Positions 25,660 to 39,805 of a DNA stretch of 64,000 nucleotides are shown here, one piece after another. The notes under the pieces were generated by a model that was not told the origin of the DNA, searched no databases, and was given only the letters and a program-made list of their open reading frames with translations. Position numbers and translations under genes: made by a program. Origin of the DNA: Eledone cirrhosa (lineage: Eukaryota); NCBI GenBank assembly GCA_964016885.1, contig OZ024751.1, positions 16,368,001 through 16,432,000 on the forward strand, given 5' to 3'. Positions within the stretch are counted from its first letter, which is position 1. Each line of letters begins with the position of its first letter.

Positions 25660-25975
25660 CATCGGGGTGTTCCATGCTGAACTTTATACTGGCGTCCATG
25701 CTGGAGAATGTTGTGTATATTTTATCCGCCTCCTCACGGGATGATGTAAGGATGAGTATGTCATCTACATATCGGGTAAAGAAGGTATGGGAATGGCAGG
25801 TGTTGAGAGCTCGGCATTCTAGCTGGTTCATATAGGTGATGGCCAGCAGGCCCGATAGGCTGTATCCCATGGGTAATGCTGTTGTCTGTCTGTATGTGTG
25901 GTGGTGGAAGGTGAAGTACGTGTTTTCCACTGTGAAGGACAAAAGCTGGTGTATGTCCGTCGGAAGGAGACCGTA
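25660..25975 (-). pseudogene. Penelope-like reverse transcriptase core fragment
   Basis: NTYFTFHHHTYRQTTALPMGYSLSGLLAITYMNQLE..FTRYVDDILIL..IKFSMEH corresponds to PLE RT motifs 4-6. Confidence 0.8.
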
Positions 25976-26084
25976 GCAGTAAATAATAGATATATTATGT
26001 ATATATGTATATATATATATATTATTTATAAATATATATTATTTATATATATATATATTATCTATATATTATATATATATATAA

Positions 26085-26556
26085 GGGCGGTGGATTGGCA
26101 GTATCGGTAGAGGGTCGGACGCCATGCTTTCCAGCATAGTTACGTCCCTTTACATTCTGAGTTCAAATCCCGCCGAGGTTGACTTTGCCTTTCATCCTTA
26201 CGGGGTCGATAAAATAAAGTACCAGTAATGCACTGGTAATTGCTGGCCTTGTGCCTAAAGTAGAAACAATTATATATATATATTATTTATACATATATAT
26301 ATTATTTATATATTATACACATATATTATTTATATATTATATATAAATATTATTTATACATATATAGGGCGGTGGATTGGCAGTATCGGTAGAGAGTCGG
26401 ACACCATGCTTTGAAGCATAGAGTTACGTCCCTTTATGATCTGAGTTCAAATCCCGCCGAGGTTAACTTTGCCTTTCAGCCTTACGGGGTCGATAAAATA
26501 AAGTACCAGTAATGTACTGGGTAATTGCTGGCCTTGTGCCTAAAATAGAAACAATT
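26085..26556 (+). mobile_element. Two SINE copies
   Basis: 26085-26271 and 26367-26556 match the consensus. Confidence 0.88.
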
Positions 26557-26567
26557 ATTTATACATA

Positions 26568-26598
<31 letters not shown>

Positions 26599-26761
26599 TA
26601 TTTATATATATATACATTATTTATATATGATATATATATTATTTATATATTATGTATATATATATATATTATTTATACACATATATTATTTATATATTAT
26701 ATATAAATTATATATACATATTATATCTATCTATCTATCGATGTATATATATATATATATC

Positions 26762-26798
<37 letters not shown>

Positions 26799-26966
26799 CA
26801 TATATACATTTGTGAAGGCGCGTGACTTTGCGAGTTCAATTCACGGAATGGGCAGTGTATTATGACCTTAGGCAAGACTCTTTATTTCATGATGCTCCTT
26901 CTACCTGGAGTTGGCATCTGATTTAACGAAAAAAGTCGATCGACAGTCGATATATAATTATATAAA

Positions 26967-26998
<32 letters not shown>

Positions 26999-27075
26999 AT
27001 CTATGCATATATGTACGTATATATATATGTGTGTTTGTATATATGTACATATATATATATATTTATATATATGTA

Positions 27076-27129
<54 letters not shown>

Positions 27130-27778
27130 GCTCACTTAACAAATAAACCTTATTTTGAACTCGAAACCTATTTCAATGAACATATAGGATACCAACGGAA
27201 CTAGGTATTTGATCATGTTCCACAAATTATAATTATGCAATCGTATTAAATTGATAAATATTAATAATAATACAAATACACACACAAAGAACAAAGAATC
27301 TTTAAACTTGACACAAGTTCTAACTTAAATATGTAGATGATGAATTACTAGGAATAATAAAGTTTCCCTAACTTTACAAAGTGATTTATTCAGAAGATCT
27401 ATTCCTGCCCAATTTTTTTTTCTTCCAAAATGACATAAGTTTCTATCGATGAATATTATTAAATAATATAGGGAAAATCATTTATAATGATAATAATAAT
27501 AATATAAGGAATACAAAAACAAGCAGTATAATGAAAGTGTATCAAACAATACGCCTGATATGTGAAATAATAAGAAAACATACATATTTATCAGATTGAT
27601 TGAATTTTTTGTGTTACAGTATATTTCTTGAATTCTTAGATAATATATGTTATTTCAGTAGAATATTTCCTGAAAGATTTAATGTAATCCTTCTTCTAAA
27701 TACATTAGGAAAAAAATTAATCATCGCCTTCTTTGTGTGTTAGAAACTAACAATATATAAGAATTACAAGATCCGGTC

Positions 27779-27828
<50 letters not shown>

Positions 27829-28001
27829 TGCATATATATATGTGTGCGTGTGTGGTATGTGTACATATATGTTTGTATGTCTATATATAAATATATGTAT
27901 GTCTATATATAAATATATACATATATGTATAAATATATATATGTATATATACATATATATACACATACATACATATGTATATATATGTACATACACACAC
28001 T

Positions 28002-28032
<31 letters not shown>

Positions 28033-29087
28033 TTATATATATACACACACATATATATATATATATGTTTATATATACACATACATAAATACCTTTCGTG
28101 CATTCCACAAAAAAGCTAAAACCCATTCACACACAATGAATAATGCATGTGTGCGTAGAAAACATTTCTTTATTCACGTGCAATATGTAAATTTTGTAAC
28201 AATAGCTAATAATTAAATCCGCCTGCGTAATATATTCCAAATATGTACCTTTAAAAAATATAAGAAACGTATGATTAGAGACACAGGATAACTGTTGCAT
28301 ACGGATACAAAAGTAAACACAAAGAATTATATAGTCGCATAAACAGGAAACGTTTTGCAAAGTGACATAAACATATACAGATGTTATCAATGTATTTACA
28401 TTTAATATAAGACATGAGATAATTTACGACATACATTTCGGGATTTAACTCTCTAACTTAGAATTTAAATTCTCTGCACTACATAGAAAGTATACTATTG
28501 TTAATATATTTCGATTTTAATGTCATTTGATAATAAATATTGTGAAAAGTTCTTCTTCTTCTTCTTCTTCTTCTTCTTCTTCTTCTTCTTCTTCTTCTTC
28601 TTCTTCTTCTTCTTCTTCTTCTTCTTCTTCTTCATGGGAGGAACGTGGAGGCAGAGTCCTCAAACTCTTCTTAACAAGTAAATACACACGCAATGAGGCA
28701 GTGCTTATGACTTCATCATTTCCAGTGAAAATCATTTAATTATAAATGAAGTGAGCCAGCTTAAGGGGCGAAGATGTAATTGTTCGCTCGTGCGTTATAT
28801 CATTTCACTTCAAACCAAAATAATAATATCAATATAAATTGTGGGCGAGCTGCACCAATGAGATGTAAATATACTGCAACGTGCGGCTATAGGTTATGCC
28901 CAACCGAAACACAACAAAGAATACTTAACTTTAACTAGATTTGGAACTTTACCTTATATTTTATATCAACAAATAATGCAGAGGATGGGAGTAAATATAA
29001 TTTTCACTATAATTATGTCGAATACTAAACGTGAATGTGATTCGAAATTTCCTAGTTATATTTATTTATATTTTGATAATGTCAGAT

Positions 29088-29290
29088 GTTACGGACAAAC
29101 CCAACCGGTAGGAGACCCAAGGGTAGACCCCGAGCAAGATGGTTGGCTAACACCCATGTGCTTGTTTGGTCTTGCTTGGAAATCCAGCTGGATGAGTTGG
29201 AGACTGTTACTTCTGACAGGACTCGCTGAAAGGAGTTTTTGAGGAGTCTGTCCCCACGACCCTCTGAGGAATAAGTGGGTGAATAAGTCG
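29088..29290 (+). mobile_element. Degenerate RTE (Expander/Rex3-like) 3' fragment
   Basis: Reads PTGRRPKGRPRARW...ELETVTSDRTR*..LRSLSPRP, the typical RTE C-terminus. Confidence 0.65.
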
Positions 29291-29943
29291 ACAATTAAAT
29301 TCTTTTTACAGCACACGACTAATTCCAAATGTAACGCGTGTATATTGGATATTTAAAAACAAATTGAAAACGGCTACAACGTACGAGTTAACTTTATTCT
29401 GTTAACGTTATTCTTAATTATCTTTATTTTCAATTCGTTTTTAAATATCCAATCTAAGGAAAATTGTTTAATAAGCCCCGGGAGACGGAAAAAGTTGACC
29501 ACCTTTAAATTCAAACGCAATTTTCAAATATTGATCATAGCTTATTTATTTACATCTGAAAAATAATTATTTTGGTCTCATGAGTTGAAATTCAGTCTTT
29601 GAGTGAATTATGTTTTCCTTGTTGCACCAATTCCTTATTCTTATATTTCTGTTCCTTTCATTATCATTACAGTTAAAGATCCGGTTCTGGTTTACATATA
29701 AAATAATTTACTATTATTTGTGGCAGGTTATCTTTACGATATTTTCCCATGTGGAGCGGTGAGAGGTTAAATCGCTAAAATTGCCGTTCACTATGTTTCT
29801 ATAAAACGTCAAATTATAAATTGTAAACACGCATACACACACGCACATGCAGGGAGGCACACACATACCTACATTCATAGATATATAAACACAACACACA
29901 CACAGACGCACACACACCACACAGTTACTTAGGTACAATAGTT

Positions 29944-29984
<41 letters not shown>

Positions 29985-30021
29985 TGTTTATGTAGGATGG
30001 TTTAACTAATAGTCAGACCTG

Positions 30022-30058
<37 letters not shown>

Positions 30059-30075
30059 CATATATACATATCCCC

Positions 30076-30184
<109 letters not shown>

Positions 30185-30257
30185 GAAAAAAAGTTAAAAT
30201 CGAAAATGCAACTGGAGTCTTATTTAAAAAAAAATATATATATATTTATTTGGTTCC

Positions 30258-30302
30258 TTTACCGGTTTCGCAGTTCTTCTGCTTTTCAAAGCACAGATGT
30301 GA
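30258..30302 (-). ncRNA. Hammerhead-like motif, U3-A8 core, weak stem I
   Basis: TTGAAAA-[GCAG aagaa CTGC]-GAA-ACCGGT-A, lying between inverted repeats of about 70 bp (30185-30256 / 30322-30390). Confidence 0.5.
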
Positions 30303-30453
30303 GAAAAACCACAGACCCCCAGAACCAAATAAATATATATATTTAAAAAAAAAATAAGACTCGAGTTGCATTTTCGATTTCATCTTTTTTTATTTATACT
30401 TTCACTCGTGTAGGACACCTCTGTTATTTTTCATTTTGTAAAACAAACCTCAC

Positions 30454-30518
<65 letters not shown>

Positions 30519-30636
30519 TTGTAATATAATGAAACGAAATTTCATTTCTCACTCTTAGTACGGCACTTACTTAAATGTAAGTATGTATGTATACGTACAT
30601 ACATATATGTATACAGACGTACAGTAGCATGCACAC

Positions 30637-30685
<49 letters not shown>

Positions 30686-30852
30686 CATATATACACATAC
30701 ATACAGGTACACATACATATATGTACGTATCAGTTTAGCGGATGTTTATTATAACGCCCGCTTTGTCCGTTTGTAAATAAGCGGACAGCCTGAATTTATG
30801 CCGTACGGTGTTAAGGCAACCACGTCACCTTTTTGTTCAACACTGACACAGG

Positions 30853-30897
30853 AACGATGTACTAGTTTCAAGCTTGTTAGCTATCATCAGCACCGTT
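30853..30897 (-). ncRNA. Canonical minimal type I hammerhead ribozyme
   Basis: AACGGTG-CTGATGA-t[AGCT aaca AGCT]t-GAA-ACTAGT-A-CATCGTT, with a 7-bp stem I and a GUA site. Confidence 0.8.
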
Positions 30898-31169
30898 TAC
30901 CCTTCTGCCAGATAGTTGAACGTTCGAAAGTATATACTTTCCTTATGAAAATTAACGGCTGAGCAGCCTAATTTGCATATCGAGTGAGTTCAGTCGGCCA
31001 GGTGTACTAAGGGTGAGAAATGAAATTTCGTTTCATTATATTACAACTTATCGTTTTCGGTACGCCTGGCCGACTGAACTCACTTGATATGCAAATTAGG
31101 CTGCTCAGCCGTTAATTTTCATAAGGAAAGTATATACTTTCGAACGTTCAACTATCTGGCAGAAGGATA

Positions 31170-31214
31170 AACGGTACTGATGATAGCTAACAAGCTTGAA
31201 AATAGTACATCGTT
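31170..31214 (+). ncRNA. Hammerhead ribozyme, mirror copy of 30853-30897 with two substitutions
   Basis: AACGGTA-CTGATGA-TAGCTAACAAGCTT-GAA-AATAGT-A-CATCGTT. Confidence 0.65.
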
Positions 31215-31393
31215 CCTGTGTCAGTGTTGAACAAAAAGGTGACGTTGTTGCCTTAACACCGTACGGCATAAATTCAGGCTCTCCGCCTATTTACAAACGG
31301 ACAAAGCGGGCGTTATAATAAACATACGCTAAACTGATACGTACAGATACGTACATATATGTATGTGTACCTGTATGTATATGTGTATATATG

Positions 31394-31464
<71 letters not shown>

Positions 31465-31521
31465 GTGTGCATGCTACTGTACGTCTGTATACATATATGT
31501 ATGTACGTATACATACATACT

Positions 31522-31581
<60 letters not shown>

Positions 31582-31867
31582 CCTGTGTGCACATGTGTGT
31601 TTGTAGTTATATTTGCGGTGGTGTCTTAATTTATCTGTTTCATGAAATAAATCGATAAAATATGTATCTATGTGTCGATATGATTGATGAAATCAATGCG
31701 GTGCGGTCCCTTAGCATGGCCGCAGACTAATGGTGGAAACCAGTAAAAAACAGAATAAATAAAATCAATACCATACTTAAATTACCATTGATTCAACTTC
31801 TTTCCCCTATACTAAATGTTGTTTGACATTATCAGCGATAGCTTGTATGCCCCTGTGTATTGGTGCC

Positions 31868-32070
31868 ATCTTCTTTACCTGAAGAAATAGTCAGACATTT
31901 ATTGAATTCCTGTGAGAGTATTTAATATAATAGGAATCTTGTTCAACACGCTGACGCATATGTGTATATGTGCATTTATACATACATTTATATGTATGAG
32001 TATATAAATATAAACGCGCAAACACAGACGCACTTACAAATACACAAACCTTCACACAAACGTACACATA
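31868..32070 (+). repeat. Local duplication of about 190 bp (second copy at about 33384-33572)
   Basis: TCTTCTTTACCTGAAGAAATAGTCAGA..GTTCAACACGCTGACGCATATG..CAGACGCACTTACAAATACAC occurs in both places. Confidence 0.8.
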
Positions 32071-32715
32071 AATTTGCTCAAACACATACACATACACTCA
32101 CACACAGCGTAGCAATCGGAATGCCAGCCGCTGTTTTGCTATAATTTTTACACCAGCTCCTTCCTTCCTTTTACACACACATACATTCACACAAACACAC
32201 TCACAAACAAATTCACGCACAGATTGTGTAAAGGACGGACGGAGGTCCTGCAATTTTATATAAATTTCTGTGACAATATTTAATGTATTAGCTCTATATG
32301 CTTGTAGCAAATGTAATGCAATAGCATCTGGTCATACAGTTTAGAAAATATGTGCTGAGATCGACATTTGAAATTTAAAGATAAAAAATACGTAAATACA
32401 TGAAGTCAGATAATCTTTCTAGTTAAACAACACAGAAAATGTTCTAATGTGTTCCCTCTCTCTCATTCTTTCTCTCGTTTTCGCCGTCTCCCTTTCCCTC
32501 CCTGCGCCGCCCTCTCTATCTCTCTATGTCTGTTTCGTGCACACATAATATATATATGCATATTACATACACAGACATATATGCATAAATACATACACAT
32601 ATATATATATGATCTGTCGAAAACATTATGCTGTTAGGAAGACAAAAACTGTGCAATCTTGTATCGTATGTATACAGATGTATATATATATATATATATA
32701 TATAAAGTATATGGA

Positions 32716-32758
<43 letters not shown>

Positions 32759-32796
32759 ATTAAATAAATGGAAACTATATTTATACAACCATATTT

Positions 32797-32860
32797 ATTT
32801 CATTATATATATTTCAGGGATATCATATTAACAATATGCTATGCCTTCCTCAGACAAAAT
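32797..32860 (-). ncRNA. Hammerhead ribozyme (family C), left arm of a palindrome
   Basis: Reverse complement of 33028-33091. Confidence 0.7.
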
Positions 32861-33027
32861 ACAATATAAACAGTTTTATAGATAAATATATTTGACATAC
32901 CGTAACAACATCGACTTGTATTTGAAAAGTTGATTTGGCAGTTGATCTGCCAAATCAACTTTTCAAATACAAGTCGATGTTGTTACGGTATGTCAAATAT
33001 ATTTATCTATAAAACTGTTTATATTGT

Positions 33028-33091
33028 ATTTTGTCTGAGGAAGGCATAGCATATTGTTAATATGATATCCCTGAAATATATATAATGAAAT
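33028..33091 (+). ncRNA. Hammerhead ribozyme (family C) with an (AT)4 stem III
   Basis: ATTTTGT-CTGAGGA-[AGGcATAgCATATT gtt AATATGaTATcCCT]-GAA-ATATATAT-A-ATGAAAT. Confidence 0.72.
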
Positions 33092-33221
33092 AAATATGGT
33101 TTTATAAATATAGTTTCCATTTATTTAATATTGTAAATATACTCCAAATAATTGTCGAGTGTTTTTATATCAGTTATAAATATTTACTAGTTGTAACCCA
33201 GCAATTTAAATATAACTTTCC

Positions 33222-33307
<86 letters not shown>

Positions 33308-33672
33308 ATATATCTCCCATATACTGTACCGATTGCGTTGTGATTTCTGTTTACCTTTTACATATATATACACACACACAGATATCTTCTTTACCTGAAG
33401 AAATAGTCAGAAATTTATTGAATTCCTGTGAGAGTATTTAATATACTAGGAACTTTGTTCAACACGCTGACGCATATGTGTATATGTGTATATATACATA
33501 CATTTATATGTATGAGTATATATATATATATATAAACACGCAATCACAGACGCACTTACAAATACACCAACCTGTGTATATATATGTGTGTGTATATATA
33601 TATCTTCCATATACTGTACCGATTGCGTTGTGATTGCTGTTTACCTTTTATATATATATATACACACACACG

Positions 33673-33706
<34 letters not shown>

Positions 33707-33822
33707 CAGACTATATGTACAAACACAGAACACATTGCTCGAGTATACACATTCACCAATACACACATAAACATACACTCATGTGCGTCACGTTTGAAGC
33801 ATGCACACACACATACAAACAA

Positions 33823-33872
<50 letters not shown>

Positions 33873-33880
33873 ATATATAT

Positions 33881-34000
33881 AGAGAGAGAGGTTATATTTA
33901 ATTTGTTGGGATTCAACAAGCTTAAAAATTTTTATAACTGAAATATATCACTCAACACATTAGTGGAGTAAATACACAATATATTAATAAATGGAAACTA

Positions 34001-34056
<56 letters not shown>

Positions 34057-34148
34057 TAGTTTCCATTTAATGTGTTGAGTGCTATATTTCAGTTATAAAT
34101 TTTTTAAGCTTGTTCAATCCCAACAAATTAAATATAACCTCTCTCTCT
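33881..34148. repeat. Inverted repeat of the family C 3' end centred on a (TA)n array
   Basis: GGTTATATTTAATTTGTTGGGATTCAACAAGC..GGAAACTATATT (TA)n AATATAGTTTCC..GCTTGTTCAATCCCAACAAATTAAATATAACC. Confidence 0.8.
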
Positions 34149-34215
34149 ATATATATATATACATACGCACACACATATATATAATCATATTTATATATAT
34201 ATATATATAATCATG

Positions 34216-34267
<52 letters not shown>

Positions 34268-34270
34268 ATC

Positions 34271-34311
<41 letters not shown>

Positions 34312-34344
34312 TATATAATCATCAAATATATAAACAAATTCAGA

Positions 34345-34390
<46 letters not shown>

Positions 34391-34643
34391 TCTGAATTTG
34401 TTTAGCAAGATTCTTTATCTGAAAACGTGCGTTGAAACCGATATTGTTATACTTTGGGAGGGTCACGTTGTCAATAAGAAACACACGCACCTGTTGCTTT
34501 CACTTCAATTTATTATAAATTAAATTTATAAATTTAGGAATTTATAAATTTCCGGTTGGTTGGTTGGTTACACAAACACACAAAAACAAGATGGCGTAGG
34601 ACAGAACAAAGGAGAGGCACAAAAACAAAGAAAATAATCCCCA

Positions 34644-34686
34644 GTCACTGAAGAGGTCACAGAATGTGTGACGAAAGAACTTTGAC
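34644..34686 (+). ncRNA. Minimal hammerhead (family D)
   Basis: GTCA-CTGAAGA-g[GTCACA gaatg TGTGAC]-GAA-AGAACT-T-TGAC. Confidence 0.68.
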
Positions 34687-34808
34687 GACAATATATAAAC
34701 AATCATCTGGTTGTGGAACCAACCAACCAACCGGAAATTTATAAATTTATTATAATAAATTGAAGTGAAAGCATCTGGTGCGTGTGTTTCTAATTGGCAA
34801 CATAGTAT

Positions 34809-34853
<45 letters not shown>

Positions 34854-34978
34854 TGTGTATATACAAGGTAGCCCAAAAGTCGTAATACAGAGGAAATTTT
34901 AAAGTTTCCCTTTTTATTTATTTTGAATAAATTGTTTCTTATAGAACATCATTATTTTTTTTAGGTAGGTGGATTTAA

Positions 34979-35170
34979 TGGCGGTGGATTGGCAGTATCG
35001 GTAGAGGTTCGGACGCCATGCTTTGACGCATAGAGTTACGGCCCTTGCCATTCTGAGTTCAAATCCCGCCGAGGTTAACTTTGCCTTTCATCCTTACGGG
35101 GTCGATAAAATAAAGTACCAGTAATGTACTGGGTAATTTTCTGGCCTTGTGCCAATAGTAGAAACAATTA
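34979..35170 (+). mobile_element. SINE inserted in a probable Tc1/mariner-type MITE (about 34862-35198)
   Basis: The SINE is flanked by duplicated ATTATTTTTTTTAGGTA. Outer inverted repeats are GCCCAAAAGTCGTAATAC / GTATCGCGACTTTTGGGC. Confidence 0.75.
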
Positions 35171-35198
35171 TTTTTTTTAGGTATCGCGACTTTTGGGC

Positions 35199-35307
<109 letters not shown>

Positions 35308-36272
35308 CAGGTGATTTGAAAACATAATCCTCAAAGATCAAGACCTAGTTCACAGCCCTTCATAATACTATCCTCAATATTATAGCAAAAATAGCTTAAC
35401 ATAACACTAATAGAAAAGAACAAACGAATGCTCTGCATAGTGCTAAATAGTTTCAAACGTCTGAAGTAATTCATATGCAGGCTTGAAAGTTGTAAATTCT
35501 TGATCCCACTGTTTCTTTTGACAGTTCTCGATTAAGATTAAACACAACTTCATTTGCCGAATTTTCAATCTCCTACTAAAGTAAAATTACAGCTTGTATA
35601 GTTGAGGCGTGATGAGGAAATAATGCGTAGTAGGCGGGTTGGAATGGAAACACGTGAGGAAATCAAGGGTAGTTTGATATATCACTAAATGAGACAGCTC
35701 AGAGTATATGAGCCGATTATATATAAATATAAAAAAATAAATGAACTTAAAATGAAATTTGATGAATAATAAAATAAATAAAATAAAATAGAATACCATA
35801 AAATTATTCAAATTAAAGGTAATTATGTGAAAGGGGTATAGAGATTTAATTCCAGGTACATAAAATATATCAGCATATACTGTAAAAGTATACTACTCTG
35901 AGAGAGTAATTGAAACGTATATCTATGGGTTTGACAGTAATCATTGGGGAGGTTTATTTATTATACAACCTATAAGACAATTAAGTTAATGACCCTACAT
36001 TAGTTAATCATTTAACACATTCCTCGGTTATAACATGAATAGTTTAAAAACCGTCGAATTGTTTCAAAATAGTTATGTGTAGTGTCTGGTATTAAAGACA
36101 TATAAGAACCTTAACTCAAAGACTATCACGTCCGAATTTAGAGCCCTGACAGTTAAACAGTTTTCAAATAATAAATTATACTATGGTACAGACCTGTCAC
36201 CTCTTCCCATCCGACGAGGTGGGTGAGAGATGTCTTCTCTTGTGAAAATGAGTATAGCTTTCATTATATAAA

Positions 36273-36452
36273 TTGGCAGTATCGGTAAGGGTCGGACGCC
36301 ATGCTTTGAAGCATAGAGTTACCTCCCTTTATGATCTGAGTTCAAATCCCGCCGAGGTTAACTTTGCCTTTCATCCTTACGGGGTCGATAAAATAAAGTA
36401 CCAGTAATGCACTGGAATAATTGCTGGCCTTGTGCCAAAAGTAGAAACAATT
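36273..36452 (+). mobile_element. SINE
   Basis: Consensus match. Confidence 0.85.
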
Positions 36453-36605
36453 ATATAAAATTTCCCCATTTTGCCTCATTTTTCCCAGTATTGGGACACT
36501 TTTTTTCATGCTCCTCCCCGTTTGGATTTTTAGAGGTTGGCAAGTCTAATGGTATACCCACATTCTCGAAATAATATATAATAGGTTTGAATGTCCGAAG
36601 TTTAA

Positions 36606-36826
36606 CCCTTTAGCATTTACATTACTCTATATTTATTATTATATTTACATGGTAAAGGCTTTACCTTTCAAAATTATCTCACTTAATATGAAACCTATGA
36701 GATTTTGATATTATTTATTTTGAGAACAATACATTAACATCGGTATGAGTGGCGACCTACACCTGGTTTGAAGAGAAAGATATGAGAGAATTCTGGCCGG
36801 ATATGGTCAGTTTAAATGCTTACGTG
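36606..36826. mobile_element. piggyBac-type MITE (degenerate)
   Basis: TTAA|CCCTTTAGCATTTA ... TAAATGCTTACGTG|TTAA, an imperfect TIR with a TTAA duplication. Confidence 0.5.
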
Positions 36827-36892
36827 TTAAATATAATTCAAAAAGGATATACACTTCAAGAAAAATAAACATTACAATTAGGAGTGAAACAG

Positions 36893-37340
36893 AGGGCGGT
36901 GGATTGGCAGTATCGGTAGAGGGTCGGACGCCATGCTTTGCAGCATAGAGTTACGGCCCTTTACGATATGAGTTCAAATCCCGTCGAGGTTAACTTTGTC
37001 TTTCATCCTTACGGGGTCGATAAAATAAAGCATCAGTAACGTACTGGGGTCGATTTAATCGACTCCCCCCCCCCCCAACGTTGCTGTCATTGTGCCTATA
37101 TAAGAATCTAAAATTAGGATTGAAGCAAACGCGATATATTGGCGAAGTCATTAAAGCGTCAGACCAATACTTAGCAGTGCTTTGGCTGTTTAGGTTCTGA
37201 GTTCAAATTCCACCGAGTTCATCTTTGTCATTGATAATCTCGAGGTCGATAAAATAAAGAGTCAACTAAGTAACAAGATCGATGTAATCGACTCTCCATC
37301 CTCCACAATACTCGCTGTGTGCAAACATTTAAAATGAATA
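36893..37340 (+). mobile_element. Two SINE copies (second one diverged)
   Basis: Consensus match at 36893-37110 and a degenerate copy at about 37135-37340. Confidence 0.75.
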
Positions 37341-37489
37341 TTAGGCTTAAAAGTTAAAGTGAATTTATTCAAAAGCAAACAATAAACCTTATTTAGTAAG
37401 AAAAAATTAAAAACGGGCAAACAAAAGGAAAGAAAGAAAAGGGGAAATATAGAGAGAAAAAAGAGAGAAAGAAAGAAGAAAAAGAACAA

Positions 37490-37730
37490 GAAAGCGAAGG
37501 GATAGCAAGAGCTCTGGTGTCGCAGAAGAGAAGTGAAGAGGGGTGATTTGGCTTAGGACTAGGGAAGGGGGGCAGGAGTGCTGCGCCCCACGGACAAGAC
37601 GACAAAAGCATTCTCCCGGACGATGGCCAGTGACACCAGCTGCAAGAGTCACCCAATCTCGCGGGGCTCCCACCTCAGACAGGCCGCCGACGTTCCGATC
37701 TTGCGGTATGGGGTCCAAAGTATAAAGTGA
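37490..37730 (-). mobile_element. Probable CRE-clade non-LTR 3' fragment
   Basis: GC-rich island. One minus frame reads EPREIG*LLQLVSLAIVRENAFVVL, similar to the CRE C-terminal LxQRxSxAxxRGNA motif. Confidence 0.5.
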
Positions 37731-38058
37731 TTTCAATATTCTACTACACAATAGATGTATGGAATACGTTTCGTTTACAAAATTTCAAAATAATTTCAAA
37801 CTAAATCAATATATTATATGCAATAGCAATAGTGGAAATTTGTTGTTCAATACATTTATAAAGTCTCGGTTTTTTAACTGAGGTCCACCTACAAATATAT
37901 GTAATTGATTTAATGATAGTGCGATGGAATGAATCATGTTTAAGTTTAAGGAGCTGAAATTTAAAGATGAAAAATTGAATTATGGCTATAAAATCTGACC
38001 TAATTGTTTTTATCAAATGAATTAATGAATTATATACATAATGTGTGTGTTTGTGTAT

Positions 38059-38119
<61 letters not shown>

Positions 38120-38185
38120 TGAACACACACAAAAACAAGATGGCGTAGGACAGACAAAGGAGAGGCACAAAACAAAGAATCCCCA

Positions 38186-38228
38186 GTCACTGAAGAGGTC
38201 ACAGAATGTGTGACGAAAGAACTTTGAC
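38186..38228 (+). ncRNA. Minimal hammerhead (family D, second copy; host repeat 38115-38445)
   Basis: Same motif as 34644-34686, in a TA-flanked insert. Confidence 0.68.
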
Positions 38229-38443
38229 AATATATGAACACCGTCCGGTTGTGGAACCAACCAACCAACCAACCGGAAATTTATAAATTCTTAAATGTAT
38301 TAATTTAATTTATAATAAATCGAAGTGAATGCAACAGGTGCGTGTGTTTCTTATTGGCAACATGACGCTCCCAAAGTATAACAATATCGGTTTCAACACA
38401 CGTTTTCAGATAAAAAATCTTGCTAAACAAATTCAGAAACGAA

Positions 38444-38502
<59 letters not shown>

Positions 38503-38533
38503 AGACACACCTAAGGAAATGTAAAAACAAATC

Positions 38534-38762
38534 AACATAAACATAATAGTTAGGATAGAAGTTAAGGAGAGAAACCTTGGCAATCCTAGAATTAAAGAAG
38601 TATTAATTATAGACAAAACGCAACCACCAATCAATAATAGATTAGAACTCAACACCCAATGTTTAACATGATAGAGCATCTAGCCCCCATATTTACATCT
38701 CCACGTATCCCCTCACACTCACACGCATGCTTACACCTTTACGTATTCTTTTACACAACACA

Positions 38763-38803
<41 letters not shown>

Positions 38804-39126
38804 AGACATACATGTCCAAACCCTTTAAAGGGAGACAACTCTATATTCACTTTACCTGCCCAAACCTTCACTCTTTGACATTAGAAGTAGAATAGAACTT
38901 TATACTACTTCCGGTCAGCATGACTTAGCAACCCACTTCGAACACTGGAGTAACCCCTTTACTTTCCTCAGACGAAGAGATATTATCTCGAAATATCAGG
39001 ATATACGAATAAATTAAGGTAAAAGATTAATTGTCAGCGCTATCTTTTATATTTATATTCTATTTCCATACCTGCATTGTTCTGGCATTCTAACTTCAAA
39101 CGTTTATACCTCACTATACCAATTCC

Positions 39127-39130
<4 letters not shown>
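38534..39130 (+). mobile_element. Penelope-like 3' end: GIY-YIG C-terminus followed by a pLTR with a hammerhead motif
   Basis: 38534-38671 reads VRIEVKERNLGNPRIKEVLIIDKTQPPINNRLE (R.IKE..I....P.IN motif). A hammerhead at 38965-39001 is followed by AATAAA, and (TA)n flanks both sides. Confidence 0.6.
38965..39001 (+). ncRNA. Minimal hammerhead (U4A variant) downstream of the GIY-YIG fragment
   Basis: TCCT-CAGACGA-a[GAGATA t TATCTC]-GAA-ATAT-C-AGGA. Confidence 0.55.
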
Positions 39131-39188
<58 letters not shown>

Positions 39189-39203
39189 ATTAAGGTTGCT
39201 TGG

Positions 39204-39234
<31 letters not shown>

Positions 39235-39420
39235 AATATATGTATATATATGTATATATGTATATATATATATAAATATATGTATATATATGTATATATA
39301 TATGTATATATATATATATGTCTATATATGTGTATATATGGCTATATATACTTGTATATATATATGTATATATATGTATATATATGTATATATATGTATA
39401 TATATATATATATGTATATA

Positions 39421-39507
<87 letters not shown>

Positions 39508-39521
39508 ATGTATATGTATAT

Positions 39522-39553
<32 letters not shown>

Positions 39554-39657
39554 GTATATGTATATATATATATATGTGTATATATATAGATATATATATA
39601 TATATATGTGTATATATATATAGATATATATATATATATATATGTGTATATATATAG

Positions 39658-39710
<53 letters not shown>

Positions 39711-39714
39711 CATT

Positions 39715-39763
<49 letters not shown>

Positions 39764-39774
39764 CATATATATAT

Positions 39775-39805
<31 letters not shown>

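Larger units (their letters stand above)
30516..31525. repeat. Nested inverted repeat with arms of about 440 bp, one hammerhead per arm
   Basis: About 30565-31002 is mirrored at about 31064-31525. In addition 30516-30561 is mirrored at 31004-31049. The arms differ by several substitutions. Confidence 0.85.
32753..33221. repeat. Near-perfect palindrome (arms about 189 bp, 5-nt loop at 32942-32946) of a family C pLTR
   Basis: GATTTGGCAG ttgat CTGCCAAATC at the centre. The right arm continues about 85 bp further to the element end. Confidence 0.88.
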
